Positions 12,887 to 24,493 of a stretch of DNA of 64,000 nt are shown here, in pieces (the first letter of the stretch is position 1; every line of letters starts with the position of its first letter). The notes under the pieces are model-generated. The model was not told where the DNA came from, made no database searches, and saw nothing but the letters and a program-made list of their open reading frames with translations. The DNA is taken from assembly GCA_965203295.1 (NCBI GenBank), contig CBDBCZ010000015.1:288001-352000 (forward strand). The letters run 5' to 3'. The position numbers and the translations under genes were made by a program. This DNA is from Nitrospirales bacterium (GTDB taxonomy: Bacteria; Nitrospirota; Nitrospiria; Nitrospirales; UBA8639).

Positions 12887-13725
12887 AACTATAGCAACAA
12901 CCTGTCAGCATATCCGTCTGTCTGGCTGACTCATAGGCACTTCAGCCACCTAACAAATTTTGTGGAACACACCAGCTGACTATTCAGCCATAATTAGCCT
13001 ATATGCTTCTCACCACTATATATACAAGGTCCTATTTTAAACAAAAATTGAAAGGCAACACTAGAATACTGCTCAAACACATCAAAGTGTCAATATCACA
13101 CAGCAAAGAGCTGTTATCCACATCAAATTGACACATCCCTCCAGTTAATTCCAGTTTCCACCATGGAAAACATAAACATATAAATTAGTGCCATGTGAAT
13201 GACGTCTTTAATTATTAGAAGAACCACACGAAGCGGTACCACCTCAACCTTATGCCTCAGCTAATGCAATGCCATGTATAATACCAAAAATTCCAATTAC
13301 TCAAAGTCCACATTTAATTGTTCACAATCCATGAGTGTGTTCTCTGATCATCGAAAAGCAGGCTCTTACAACAGTTCATCTAAAAAACACTTAGAAAATG
13401 TGTACTATGCTCCAACCAAAGGGAGTAGATTTGAGGTTACAACCACTTTGCCACAAAGTGCAAAGTATCATGAAGCGGTTTCTCAATGTTTTTTTATTTT
13501 CCTATATAATAGGAATAGGGAAGCCATACAGTACAGAGCAAAAAATTTAACTCCCAAGTTTAAAAAAATAGCGACTCTAAAGTATTTTCGATCTCACTTT
13601 ACATGTGAAGCCTGTGTCATGTGACATAGTTAATCGCAAGCGGCAACAGATTCTTGAAACTGAATGATAATGCCACCACGAACTGTCTGACAACGACAAT
13701 GGAATTCAACGATACCCAATAAGAT

Positions 13726-13769
13726 CAGGAGCGCATAATGACTTTTTCTTACGTCATTATGCGCTCCTG
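13726..13769. mobile_element. 44-bp mini-MITE hairpin
   Basis: Perfect 17-bp arms CAGGAGCGCATAATGAC / GTCATTATGCGCTCCTG, 10-nt loop, flanks ATAAGAT / GTAAGAT. Copy at 41161-41204. Confidence 0.7.
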
Positions 13770-14557
13770 GTAAGATACTACGGCACTGATTCTGTGGTCC
13801 CTACTAATAAGGAGTTCATAATTTTACGGTAATACCACACTCACCTCCATACTGTCCAAGTTCCTATGTCCTTCCAATCTTTGGTAGAGCTACGAGGTTA
13901 TTAACTTGGATTCGAGCACTCGCTTGCGCCATACAAGCCAGCCAATCTTGTATAGAATTTGAGAGCCTACAAACAAGATGGACACAACTAATTAACCCAG
14001 GGGTGGAGAGTACCACTCTGGCTCTTGTGCAGGCCTTGGTAGTATTTCACCATCCTGGGTACATGAACCCCGATGCTCATAAGCCCCTGTGGGCACCCAA
14101 TTCACACATTCCTTGACAGATGGGTGCAACGCACTTACAAGAAAATTATGGAACCTTCTTGTCCCCTCCTGTTCCACATCTTCGTACTTGCTCAGCTGGT
14201 CCTATAATTTAGGCCATCATCCAATGGTTGGAAAACAATCTAGTGGCACTTGCAAGTTGTCTGATAGTATAGTGCAGAGGCATTTATGCGGATCAGTGAT
14301 GGCAGACCTGGGCCATGGGGGGTGCAGCTAGCCAAGAGTTCCGAGGTACTTGAGATGGGGCAGAGTACGTTACAGCCATGCATAGCTGCGGGGCCCCGAG
14401 AGGGGTCTAGAAATCAAGTGCCACGTACGGATCCACGGTTCGGAAATTGCTAGCGAATGCCACTGATCCATGCTGCTGCGAGGGTACAACTCCAGCTAGT
14501 CCAGTCCACGTGGTGTCGACCTCAACGCGAGATATCACCATGATTTGCAGGCTTTGT

Positions 14558-15090
14558 CAGGGGCGCCGGAAGCACTTTTGCATTGGTCCGGCTGACGAAC
14601 AGAGCGCCGAGAGTGTACTGCGTAGCAGGCCCCTGCGCGAAGCGCGGAATTTTTTTTCATTACGCTTTTTAAAGGGTTAGGAACGGCTCTCATGAAGTCT
14701 CTACGAATCAGTACTGCCCACGCGCTGCATAGTATCAGAAGTATTAGCTCAAACATCCGAAGTAATCTCCAGAAGTGAAATACCAGTCGCACAAATCTCC
14801 CACGTTGTATCGAGTACGCGGATTATGCGCGATCGCAGATCGCGTTCAATAATGGGCGGGGCCTCAACGAAAGCTCGATCGACGCGGCCTGCCGTGCTGT
14901 AGTCTCGCGGACCAGACTAACCTGTCTCTCAACAGTAAGCTCAGCGGCAGAATCCAGTTCGACAAATGACCAGCAACTGCTTCACTAGTATAATATTGTA
15001 TAGTCAGCACTAACGTCATCATGACGTAAACTGGGCGTGAACATTGGTCCGGCGACCGCCGGACCTGTCGGACCGGTTCCGGCGCCCCTG
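14558..15090. mobile_element. 533-bp TIR MITE with 5-bp TSD (hAT-like), unit A only
   Basis: TIR CAGGGGCGCCGGAA / TTCCGGCGCCCCTG, TSD TTTGT. Empty site GGCTTTGTTCTGAC near 41983-41996. CpG-rich. Confidence 0.92.
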
Positions 15091-16019
15091 TTTGTTCTGA
15101 CACTGCACCCTGGGGGGCTAGTCGTATTGCGTGCTGGCCGCTAAAAGGAAGCCTTGTCTTCGATGCCTTGAAAACGGAGTAAGGTATGAGCATGCTCTAT
15201 AATGTATCTAGTATATACACTACGTATAAATAAGATAAGAATGCGAAATTAATATCACAAGGTTACGCACAGCCATTGACTATTCGCCGTACTTGTACAG
15301 GCATCTTGCAACGTGCATTTCAATGTACACTTGCAAGGCCTCCGACCACACGTGTTCTGGTATTCCGCAAACGGCATAATGAATGTGATTAAGCTTATCT
15401 TAATTGCTGTAGAGCATTATTAGGATGCTTCCTAAATGCTCAGTGACACTGACACATGGTGTATAATTTGGTGTTGCTACTACTTGTAACTCAGCAGCAG
15501 TGACAACGCTTGTCCACACTACACGTGATGCCTACAGTCTACTAATTAGTATGGGACAATGCATGGGACAATCATGCACACGATATAAATTGGCAGGGCT
15601 TGTTTGTTTCATCTCCATTGCTTCTAAAATGATAACTGTAGAGAGTAGAGTAGAAGAGCTGACCTTCTACTTTATTCTCCATAGAATGATCACTGCATCG
15701 ATTCACTTAGAGCGTCTGGCCAGGAGGGAGGGGGGGAGGCTGGCAACAAGGCTAGTACAAGGCTAGTACCATAAGCTAACTGCTCATATAAAGGGCTGAG
15801 AGCCATACTGGGCCAATGGTGGTCTAGATTATTCTAGCAATTAAACTTCTTCCCCGTTTCTTGTTTGTGTCCCAAATGAATGTAGGAAGTCATGTTTGCA
15901 CTGCATCATTGGGGGCTCACTCCCCAAATGAAAGAATTCATGTTTTTCTATTGTAAGCGCCAAACCCTGGGGGAGGTCTGGGATTGAGTACGCACTGCTG
16001 TACATTCTATAAGTGTGTG

Positions 16020-16102
16020 TAGCCTCGTTCCCAGTCTCCACTCCCCAGCTTTTTTGCATGCAGGAAAAGGTTGGTGAGAAGTGGAGACTGGGAACGGGGC
16101 TA
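16020..16102. mobile_element. Short TAGCCTCG...GGCTA hairpin element
   Basis: TAGCCTCGTTCCCAGTCTCCACT pairs with AGTGGAGACTGGGAACGGGGCTA. Relatives near 21671-21732, 22281-22348 and 23570-23632. Confidence 0.75.
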
Positions 16103-17468
16103 CGTAGTGTGTGTGTGCTAATAGTACATTCCACCCTATGAAGCAATCTAAGACTTCTGTAATGCTGCAGTGTTACCATGTTATGACTGGTTAGATGCAT
16201 GTTGCTACTTATAAATAATCCTACGTACATTCAAGCCACAAAACAAGGGGTAGAATACTAGGGCTAATTACTAAATGGAACACTTATCCCTGTCCCTATT
16301 AAAACGCACTGGACCCTATAGGTTTCCTGTCTCTTTCCTCGTTATCTTCACTGAAGTTGATTAGCACAGTACAGTTTTAGCAGACCGTTACTGTGATCTC
16401 TTTCTCACACAGATTATAGTAGTAATGTACTAGCCAATCAAATCGCTAGAAATGGCAACTATAGTCCTCATTTCTGCAATTTAATTGCCTAGTATGTTAC
16501 TACTATAGCCCACCCGGATTATGGCTCAACCTCCATTATTGGCCTTGGAAAAAAAAATTCTCTCAGAATGTGCTAGGCAGAGCCCTTGTCCTCCCTCAGG
16601 AAAATTACTTTCCTCGGCCAATAATGTCAGTTAGAGCCCTCATTGTGGAGCACTAACTATTACATTCATGCTCTTCTCCCACCTGCATACGTTAGCTAGC
16701 TAGCCCTATAATAGCTGTGGCCATGCCACTGTCTTCAGTAAATCAATCCCAGTCTTCACCTCAGCTGCATTATTATAATATTATGTTACACATGTGTAAC
16801 TGTTAATTGCTGAGCGCCTTAGCACAAGGAAATTAATGTCTCCGCTTTCGGCCCCGGGGACCACCCTGGGGGGAGGCACATGTTCAAGACTTTGTACTGC
16901 TGGTGCATAAACAATCAGAGAGTTATTCAAGTGGATCACTGTGTTTTACCAAGGTTGTCTTATTGCAGCTCCAATATCACTGTAGTTTGAGTAGCTTCTG
17001 TTCAGTAGAGACGTGACGGCCTGACGGTATCGTGGCAAATCGAGCGCTATGAACAGAAGCAAAGCCCAGTGACTCTGTGTCAACCATAGCTGGGCCTTGA
17101 AAGTACGTTTCAGACAGAGACATCCACCTACTGACATGCTGAAAGTGTAGTCACGTTGTTGTAGCAGCTTCCAAAGTGGGTGTGGTTTGCGATTCCTCTC
17201 GATCTAGCTTTCCATGTGTCTGCGCGAAGCCTCACTGTGCATGTGTATGTCTAGTAGAGCCATTGGGTGAGGACTTTGGTGGCGCAGTAATACTATTTAG
17301 TGCAAGCTCAGTCTGGTAACCAATTTTCTGGCTAGACCCTGTATGAATAATCTCATGAATATAAATAATACTGTTGTAGCTTTATCATACCAGCAGGGTT
17401 AAAAGTTCAAGTACTGGGAGTTTATCTACAGGGGACAGATTTTATGTTTCCATGCACATACACATTAA

Positions 17469-17931
17469 TTAACGTACTGCATGACATACGTACAATAATG
17501 TGACTTTGCAACCCCCATTACATCATAACAAAGGTCCATTGTACCTAGATAGCAAGTGTTCCCACTTTCATTATTTCTAATTAGTACAAGGTTATAACAG
17601 TTTATTTTCCTGATAAAAGGTGATTAGTAAGTGGCAATGCTATGCATGGCTTCAGCTTGGTTAGCAGAATATTAAATGTGTGCATACCTTGTATGCACAC
17701 ATTGTATTAACGTACTGCATGACATACGTACAATAATGTGACTTTGCAACCCCCATTACATCATAACAAAGGTCCATTGTACCTAGATAGCAAGTGTTCC
17801 CACTTTCATTATTACTAATTAGTACAAGGTTATAACAGTTTATTTTCCTGATAAAAGGTGATTAGTAAGTGGCAATGCTATGCATGGCTTCAGCTTGGTT
17901 AGCAGAATATTAAATGTGTGCATACCTTGTA
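17469..17931. repeat. Direct tandem duplication, 238-bp period, two copies
   Basis: TTAACGTACTGCATGACATACG starts at 17469 and 17707. Also present in unit B near 44351-44813. Confidence 0.92.
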
Positions 17932-18929
17932 GCTAGTATTGCTATGCTTATATTGTTCAATGAACATGAAAATAAAATATAACATTATACAACTATTGAG
18001 GCGATCATCCGTGCTATCTCTGTACACACACCACCTCCTACACAACAAATTTCAGGTATTTAGTGTAAACACCCCTCTAGTTTTTTAGTAAGTATTTTAC
18101 ATTATATGCAGTTTTATTGCAGACATTGTGGTTTTCTTAGTGCAAGTGGGTGGTACTTTTCCAGTTGTTACACAATCATTTGCACTCCTTATGGTAGTAA
18201 GAGTAGGAGTGCACATGCAACACCCAGAAAAGAGTTCATTAGCAATGCATGGCTACCTTAACATACAATCCTGCATTTTGAAATGGTTTTCTAGAACATG
18301 TACTTAAGTGAAAGAAGTTACACAGAAAGTGGATGAATGCTGTACAGTGGACCATGCCAACTACAAACTGCACCTCTTTTTATTAATCAGCCTTATTAAT
18401 AATGCAAATAAGACACCAAAAATAGGAGCACCTCTCAGTGAATTGACGATACCAAAGTGCGCATATGCGCTTTCTATGTACGCTTCTATATAGAAGCGTA
18501 AATGTATGTAAGCGCTCGAGTGCGCGGAGCATGCAATCGTGATCGATTACGTAATCTGAGCCACCGATAATTACGTAATCATCTACGCTGCCAATGATTA
18601 CGTAATGCGACGGAAGCTCATGATACATGTACACGAGGCCAAGTCTGCACTTCGCCGTCACGTACCCAGTCGTCTATGATGTACAGTTCAGCATCAAATA
18701 AAAAATACCAGGCAGGTAACGCATGTGCACAAATTGTTAAGAGAACCGTCTAGAAGAGAGAATATGCATGCATGCACACAATAACAGTCTCACAATTACA
18801 AGGTCAAAAGAAAACTCACATTAGAGCAACACAAGAAAAACCTCACAACTACATGAACAGAGCATATGCAAGTAAGCATAAGGTTTGTTCCCTTGTATGT
18901 ATAGAAAGAGCCATCATCAACCGTCCTTA

Positions 18930-21900
18930 CTAGTAAGACGTGCGTATATGAAATTGTTCAAGACAGTGTCCCTGACACAGAAACACATCACACTTAGGGC
19001 AGAAGTTTTGCGTTTTGACATCTTTTTGTTTTCCGTATTTCCGACGACATACAACGCACCTTGATCTTTTTTTACTTTTGTATGCAAAGTGCTTGCCGGT
19101 CAGTCGCTTCTCAGTAGTTGCTGGCTTTCTAGATCTACCCTTAGAGTCGGTGGGCAGCTTGGGTTAGCTTTGAGATTCAAGAGAGGCTGCACTAGCTCTT
19201 CGGCTAGCTTTAGCCGAAAGGACCTCTGTGACTTTATGGCTGAATTGGGGTTGTTCTGGCGAAAAAGGATCCAAGCATTTATAATGCAAATGTCCACCAA
19301 CCTCCAAAAAACCTTCTTCCACCATTTGAGTGTACGCCGAGTACTCATGGAGTAGTAACTCAGATGTTGGTCCATTAGATCTACGCCACCCATGTATGCG
19401 TTATATTCGGAAATGATGGTGGGACAGGGAATGGGCTGTTTTTCGCGGCTTCCTTTAGGACGCTTCAGAACTACTGTGGCGGAGGTATTATGCATTGTAC
19501 TCAATGCAAGCACATCTCTACGGTCAAACCACCACACAGCTGTCAGTCGACCTTCACTAGCGGTACCAAAACGCATGTTGCCTGGCACAGCGCTCCCACT
19601 AGGTTTCAAATCTGGGGGAAAGCCTTTGCGATTCGGTCGCACCGTCCCAGCGCTGTATGTTCCAGTAGATCGAGGAGAAGTCTTGGCCCTGTATAGAAGT
19701 TGTCAATAAATAGGCAATGGCCTTTTCCTTGGAATGGTTCCATAAGTTCCATGACAACTCTGTAGCTCAGTCCTTTCTCTATGGTACCTTCATGGGCACC
19801 AGTGTATATTTCAAACTTCAGAACATACCCAGTTTTTGCCTCAGAGTTTACCCAAATCTTTATCCCAAGTCGAGTGGGTTTCTTCGGCATGAACTGCAAA
19901 AAAGCAATACGACATCGTGTCCCTACCATCATTTCATCTATGCTAAGTTGACGCAACGGTTGGTAGTACTGTTGAAACACAGCAGACAAATGGTCAATCA
20001 AAGGTCTAACCTTGAACAGGGGGTTGTACCCCTGCTCACCCTGTTTTTTCTGCTTGGTAGAGTCTGCTAAGTGCAGAAATCTTAAGATGGAAAGGAAACG
20101 ATCTCGAGACATGATGGAAGGAACCAAGGGGTTGCTAAAATGTTGTTTGTAGCCCAGTAATCACGAATTTGGGGAAGCCGTAACATTCCCATTGCGATGT
20201 TTACTCCTATGAAAGCTTGCAATTCCTCAATACAGAAGACGAAGGTTACACCTTTTTGGGATGCAAACAGTATCGTCTGTTGAACGATCGATTCTAGAAT
20301 GACAACCGTAAGGAAAAGCTCCAATATTTGCAGGGGACTCACAGCATCTTTAGTCCGAGGTGAAGGGCCAGTGGGATAGAAAAAGGGAGGTAGCTGCCGT
20401 GGAGCTGGTTTCTTCTTTGCAGTAGAGATGAGTTTCCCAAGTGACCACTTCAACTCTCTATCACTGTCCCTGTTAGCAAAAAAAAGTTTGCTAAAAGGGT
20501 CACATAAGAACAAACATTCCTTAGTCTGTCTCATTTTTCAAACCACCCCTTTTATTACAGAATCTGACTTATGTGACCCTTTTAGCAAAATTTGACCGTT
20601 TGGGACTGTTTTACACTAGCAGTTGGCATAAATATTTTGCTTATGCAGAACTGCAACTGTTAGGTTAGGTGGAATTGACAGAAAATCCAAATGGTCAATT
20701 TTCCCTGAAAAGGTGACAAAATTAGGTGATGGTATACCTAGCAGACTCTTGAACACAGCTGCTTGTACCACGGTTGCTTCTAGCTCCACCTCGACCACGC
20801 CCAACACCACGCCCTCGTCCACGCTGACCACCTCGACCTCGACTACGACGACCTCAACCACCTCCACCGCGGCCACCACCACGGCTATGATCACGGCTAC
20901 TTCCACCTCTTCGAGCATGGCTACTTTTGTCACTTTGAAGTCGTCTCCTTTTGGGTGGCGGAATGTCATCATCCGAGGTTTCAGGCTCAGTAGTAGTGCC
21001 ACATCCAATACTTCCACCACATCCAAACACAGAACATATTTCAGAAGCAGCACTCGAATCTTCACCTAAAAAGAAATTGGTATATGAATGGAAATACATA
21101 TTTGGAGATTCATATTGAAACTAGAAGCGCATCAAGCCGGCGAGGGAGCATGCAAGTAGTATAGACGGCGAAATTCAAACACGGCAACCGGATGCTAATT
21201 TTAGTAACCACCAAATATGGAATATATACACACATGGGTACGTAAGTCGGTGAGCGGCAGCTTTGCAGGCCGACTACGGAGAGCGTTGGATGGTGATACA
21301 GCTAACGCAGGCCCCGAGCACAACGACACTGATGGGAAGGTTAGTTGTAAGCCTTTGTAAGAGTCATTGAGCATGAGTACGGCAGTACTTGGACTCACTT
21401 GTTAGAAGATTGGTCTGTCTCCCATACGCTTTCGCTTCGGAGAACTAGTCATCTCGCTCGAGTATGCCGACTCACCACTTCATTTTTATCCACTTTGTGG
21501 CTTTCTCTGTTAGCTACTTTTTCCTGCTGTTGCATCATAAAAATCAATATACGGATACTACTTTTTTTAGAATAATTATGACTGCCATGTTTGAATTTTA
21601 TCGTCTATGTATTGCACGTGCGTAGTTGCATGCTCCCTCGTCGGCTTGATGCGCTCCTGTTGAAACTTATCAGCCTTGTTCCCAGGCTCAACAACCCAGT
21701 GTTTTTTTTGCTTTTTGGGCTGGGAGCCTGGGCTCTTTGGTACATCACATGACGTCACGTACTTGATATAGTTATTCTAAATCAATTTACTCATGATGTA
21801 TAGCAGTACTTCACTGTGTGTGTTGCTGTAAAGTCAGAGTCGAATCAGAGTGAAGACTAGCTGTTGTGGGCTGAAACAAATATTGTCAAGGAAACTGACT

Positions 21901-23235
21901 TACTAGTGGTGGGCCTTACCACCTGGCGTCAAGGTAAACAGCTAGCACAGCCCAGCATCTAGCTACACATGTACCACCAACTCAATATACCGCATATACA
22001 TCGGGTACCTAGACTACCATATACACCCTGCTAGCTGTTTACCTTGGCACTGGGTGGTATTCGGCTTGACAACCAGTTTCTATGCATGGTAGCACTACCC
22101 AATCCAGATAAATTCAAGGACTACTGCTAGTTGAAACCTTCCTTGACTTAACAGTTTTCATCTCTGATTCAACTCTGACTTTACAGCAGCACATACAGTG
22201 AAGTACTGATTTACATCATCAGCAATTTGTTTTAGCAAAACCACATATGCTTCGTCACATACATAAAGTTCTATGATGTACCTGGCTCCCAGCCTACGTT
22301 CTTCCAATGTGCAAAAAAGCTGGGCTGTGGAACCTGGGGACAAGGCTAAATATAGGCACAACTGCAAATTTAGTCAATGGTCAAGAGTCAAAGCCGCTCA
22401 AAAGCTAGGGTGTACTCAGTGGTCAAAGCGTGCTCTATAAAATATGGTCAACAGCAGATCATAATGCGGAACAGATGGGCACATGCACAAGCAACAGTCT
22501 ACAGCTTGAAGATCACTCGAGAAGGATGGATATTTTTTTTCAGCTGAGTGTTCAATTGGTAAGCTTTACAATCAATGGGTCTAGTAGAGCAGTCACAGGT
22601 CAATGGCCAAAAAAATCAGCATTATCAACAGCCAAACCACTACACAGCTTTGACACATGGTCGCAGTTGTGACTATGCAGTCTATAGGAGTGACTACCCA
22701 TTGTCTAAAGTAGGCTCTGCCTACTGCACATGCGCAATAGCTAATTAATTTAGCAAGCGCATGTTCAGAAAAGTCGGCAAGAAGGGATTTGAGCTTTGTG
22801 TCCAGCTACATCCATAAGCTACTATATCGTTGAAAAATGGAAAGGCAAAATTATAGGCGTATAAGCTCCCATTTTTCAGTCATTTATATAACTACACGAG
22901 TAAACACACACACACACGCGCAGGCACGCACCTTCAAATTCATCGTCAATGAAATCTTTGTCCAAAAAGAGAAGCGAAGTCCTTTCAGCCGGATCAAGAG
23001 CCGTAGCATTCTTCAAAAACGCCGACGGATCAGCGCTAAATGCCGTTTCCAGGGCTTATTGCAGTCTCTCCGCGTCTTCTTCTTCGGATGTTGACAGCGA
23101 CTCTGTAGTGATCTCGTACAAATCATTGGCATCGGAGTCAGAACTACTATGATCACTGGCAACGGAGTCAGAGATATACTGATTGCTACTTTCGACCACA
23201 CTCACTTCCTTGAAGGAAACGCGTGAACCAGCCAT
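18930..23235 (-). pseudogene. Spliced piggyBac (PGBD4-like) transposase pseudogene, unit A
   Basis: Catalytic motifs SIDEMMV, FIDNFYT, GGVDLMDQ, plus KWWKKVFWRLVD and a C-terminal CVVC...CPKCDVFLC..C...H. Exons 23235-22932, 21065-20738 and 20469-18930 are phase-consistent. Stops and frameshifts present. Confidence 0.9.
21793..22220. mobile_element. ~430-bp foldback element in the transposase intron
   Basis: Outer arms CAGTACTTCACTGT..GCTGTAAAGTCAGAGT.GAATCAGAG and inner arms CAAGGTAAACAGCTAGCA / TGCTAGCTGTTTACCTTG. Confidence 0.75.
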
Positions 23236-24493
23236 TCTATTCTAGGCAAAGAAGCACGAGGATACCAGCGCATGCGAATAAACAATAATTATGCGCATAG
23301 TAATACGCTTACACACTCCGCACGCCGTACGCAAGTCTAACTGGCGGGAATTTTGAAACTAAACAGCGTGTACTTTTAAATAATATAGCAGTAAAAGATT
23401 GGAAGTGGGCTATTTTGATTCCCTTTAGGTTTTCATGAGTTATTAATTAAGGTGTGACACCTATGTATTCCAGGAAAAATACTACCCACATGTGCTAAGT
23501 AAAACACAATGTCTATGTGCATATCTTCATTGACTAAACCAACTCATCAAATAGAGGTAGTAATGTGCTTAGCCTCCGACCCAGGCCCTCATCCAGCTTT
23601 TTGTTACATGCAGAGAGCCTGGGTCCAAGACTAGTAATGCATGGTGCTAGTAGAGCACTGCCAGCTCAAATTGAGCACGAAGTCTTATCTTTTGCCTCAT
23701 CTACCTCATTCTGTATTTGTTCTGTGATATACCCAGCAATACACACTAGGTTGTCCATCAAGGTGATTGGAAATCCCGCACACCTTAAATGATTTCACAA
23801 CAGCGACCACGTCTACACATGCGCATACTTAGATACTTACAGTTGAGACAGCTACATACTTAGATGTAAGCTTGCAAATATGAAGTATATGAAATTATCG
23901 CAGAAGGCAGAACAATATTTTCTAGCAACCAGGAAGCATGCACTAGCTCCTTTACTGTTTTTAGTTCATGTTTGGAAAAGTCAAATTAGTAGAAGAGCTG
24001 TTTTCAGGCTGTTTCAATTGCTTGGGGGAGTTGGATTTGAGTAGGTACAAAAGTTATGCGTGTTGCATTGTGAATGTGCGTGCTGTGAGGGAAGAGGTCT
24101 AGATATGCAGTTCCTCCTTCTAGACTATCAGCCATATATCTTAGCGGTTGATACACGGAGCACATATAGAGAAACCTTGACTGCAAGATCAAAAGTGGTT
24201 GCAAGAAAGCTTACAACAGCATATACATTGGGCCTTATATACTTCCATGATTGTCTAAACACTGTGATAGTACTTTCACACATCTGATATAGATACGAGA
24301 CTAGCTCACTAGCTCTTCTCATTATCCTCTATGACTGAACTGTGTATAGTAACATTACAGCTGTATTTCTCAGTGTAAAAATACACATAGAGGGAAATGT
24401 CTACTACAATTAGTTAAATCTGCCCATGCATGCAGTGTAGCATAATTTAGTTAACGGTATCGAATATCAGTAATTTTCTACTTAACCTGGTAG

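Larger units (their letters stand above)
10091..17215 (-). pseudogene. Multi-exon decayed gene of unknown function (about 15 exons, unit A)
   Basis: ATG at 17215. GT-AG bounded exons include ...IGAAIRQPW, SIPDLPQGLALTIEKHEFFHLGSEPP, HIHYAVCGIPEHVWSEALQVYIEMHVARCLY, DQLSKYEDVEQEGTRRFHNFL, GLMSIGVHVPRM, ALKFYTRLAGLYG and SELRGYHSPFEIGDSFPEGLFVQ. Many premature stops. Confidence 0.65.

Noticed and set aside
13992..13998. TTAACCC as the left end of the piggyBac element
   Set aside because: No extended inverted match to the GGGTTAA at 17396 or to the region upstream of the transposase.
18181..18385. Segments found only in unit A (also ~23539-23680) as new insertions
   Set aside because: No terminal structure or TSD at their edges. 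Deletions in unit B are the simpler explanation.
20616..21069. Thr/Ser-rich mucin-like ORF (+) and Val/Glu-rich ORF (-)
   Set aside because: They are shadow frames of the RGG-rich transposase exon, which has proper splice sites and phases.
10091..23235. Teratorn-like virus-piggyBac fusion or Zisupton element
   Set aside because: No viral hallmark genes and no KDZ transposase or SWIM motifs were recognised.
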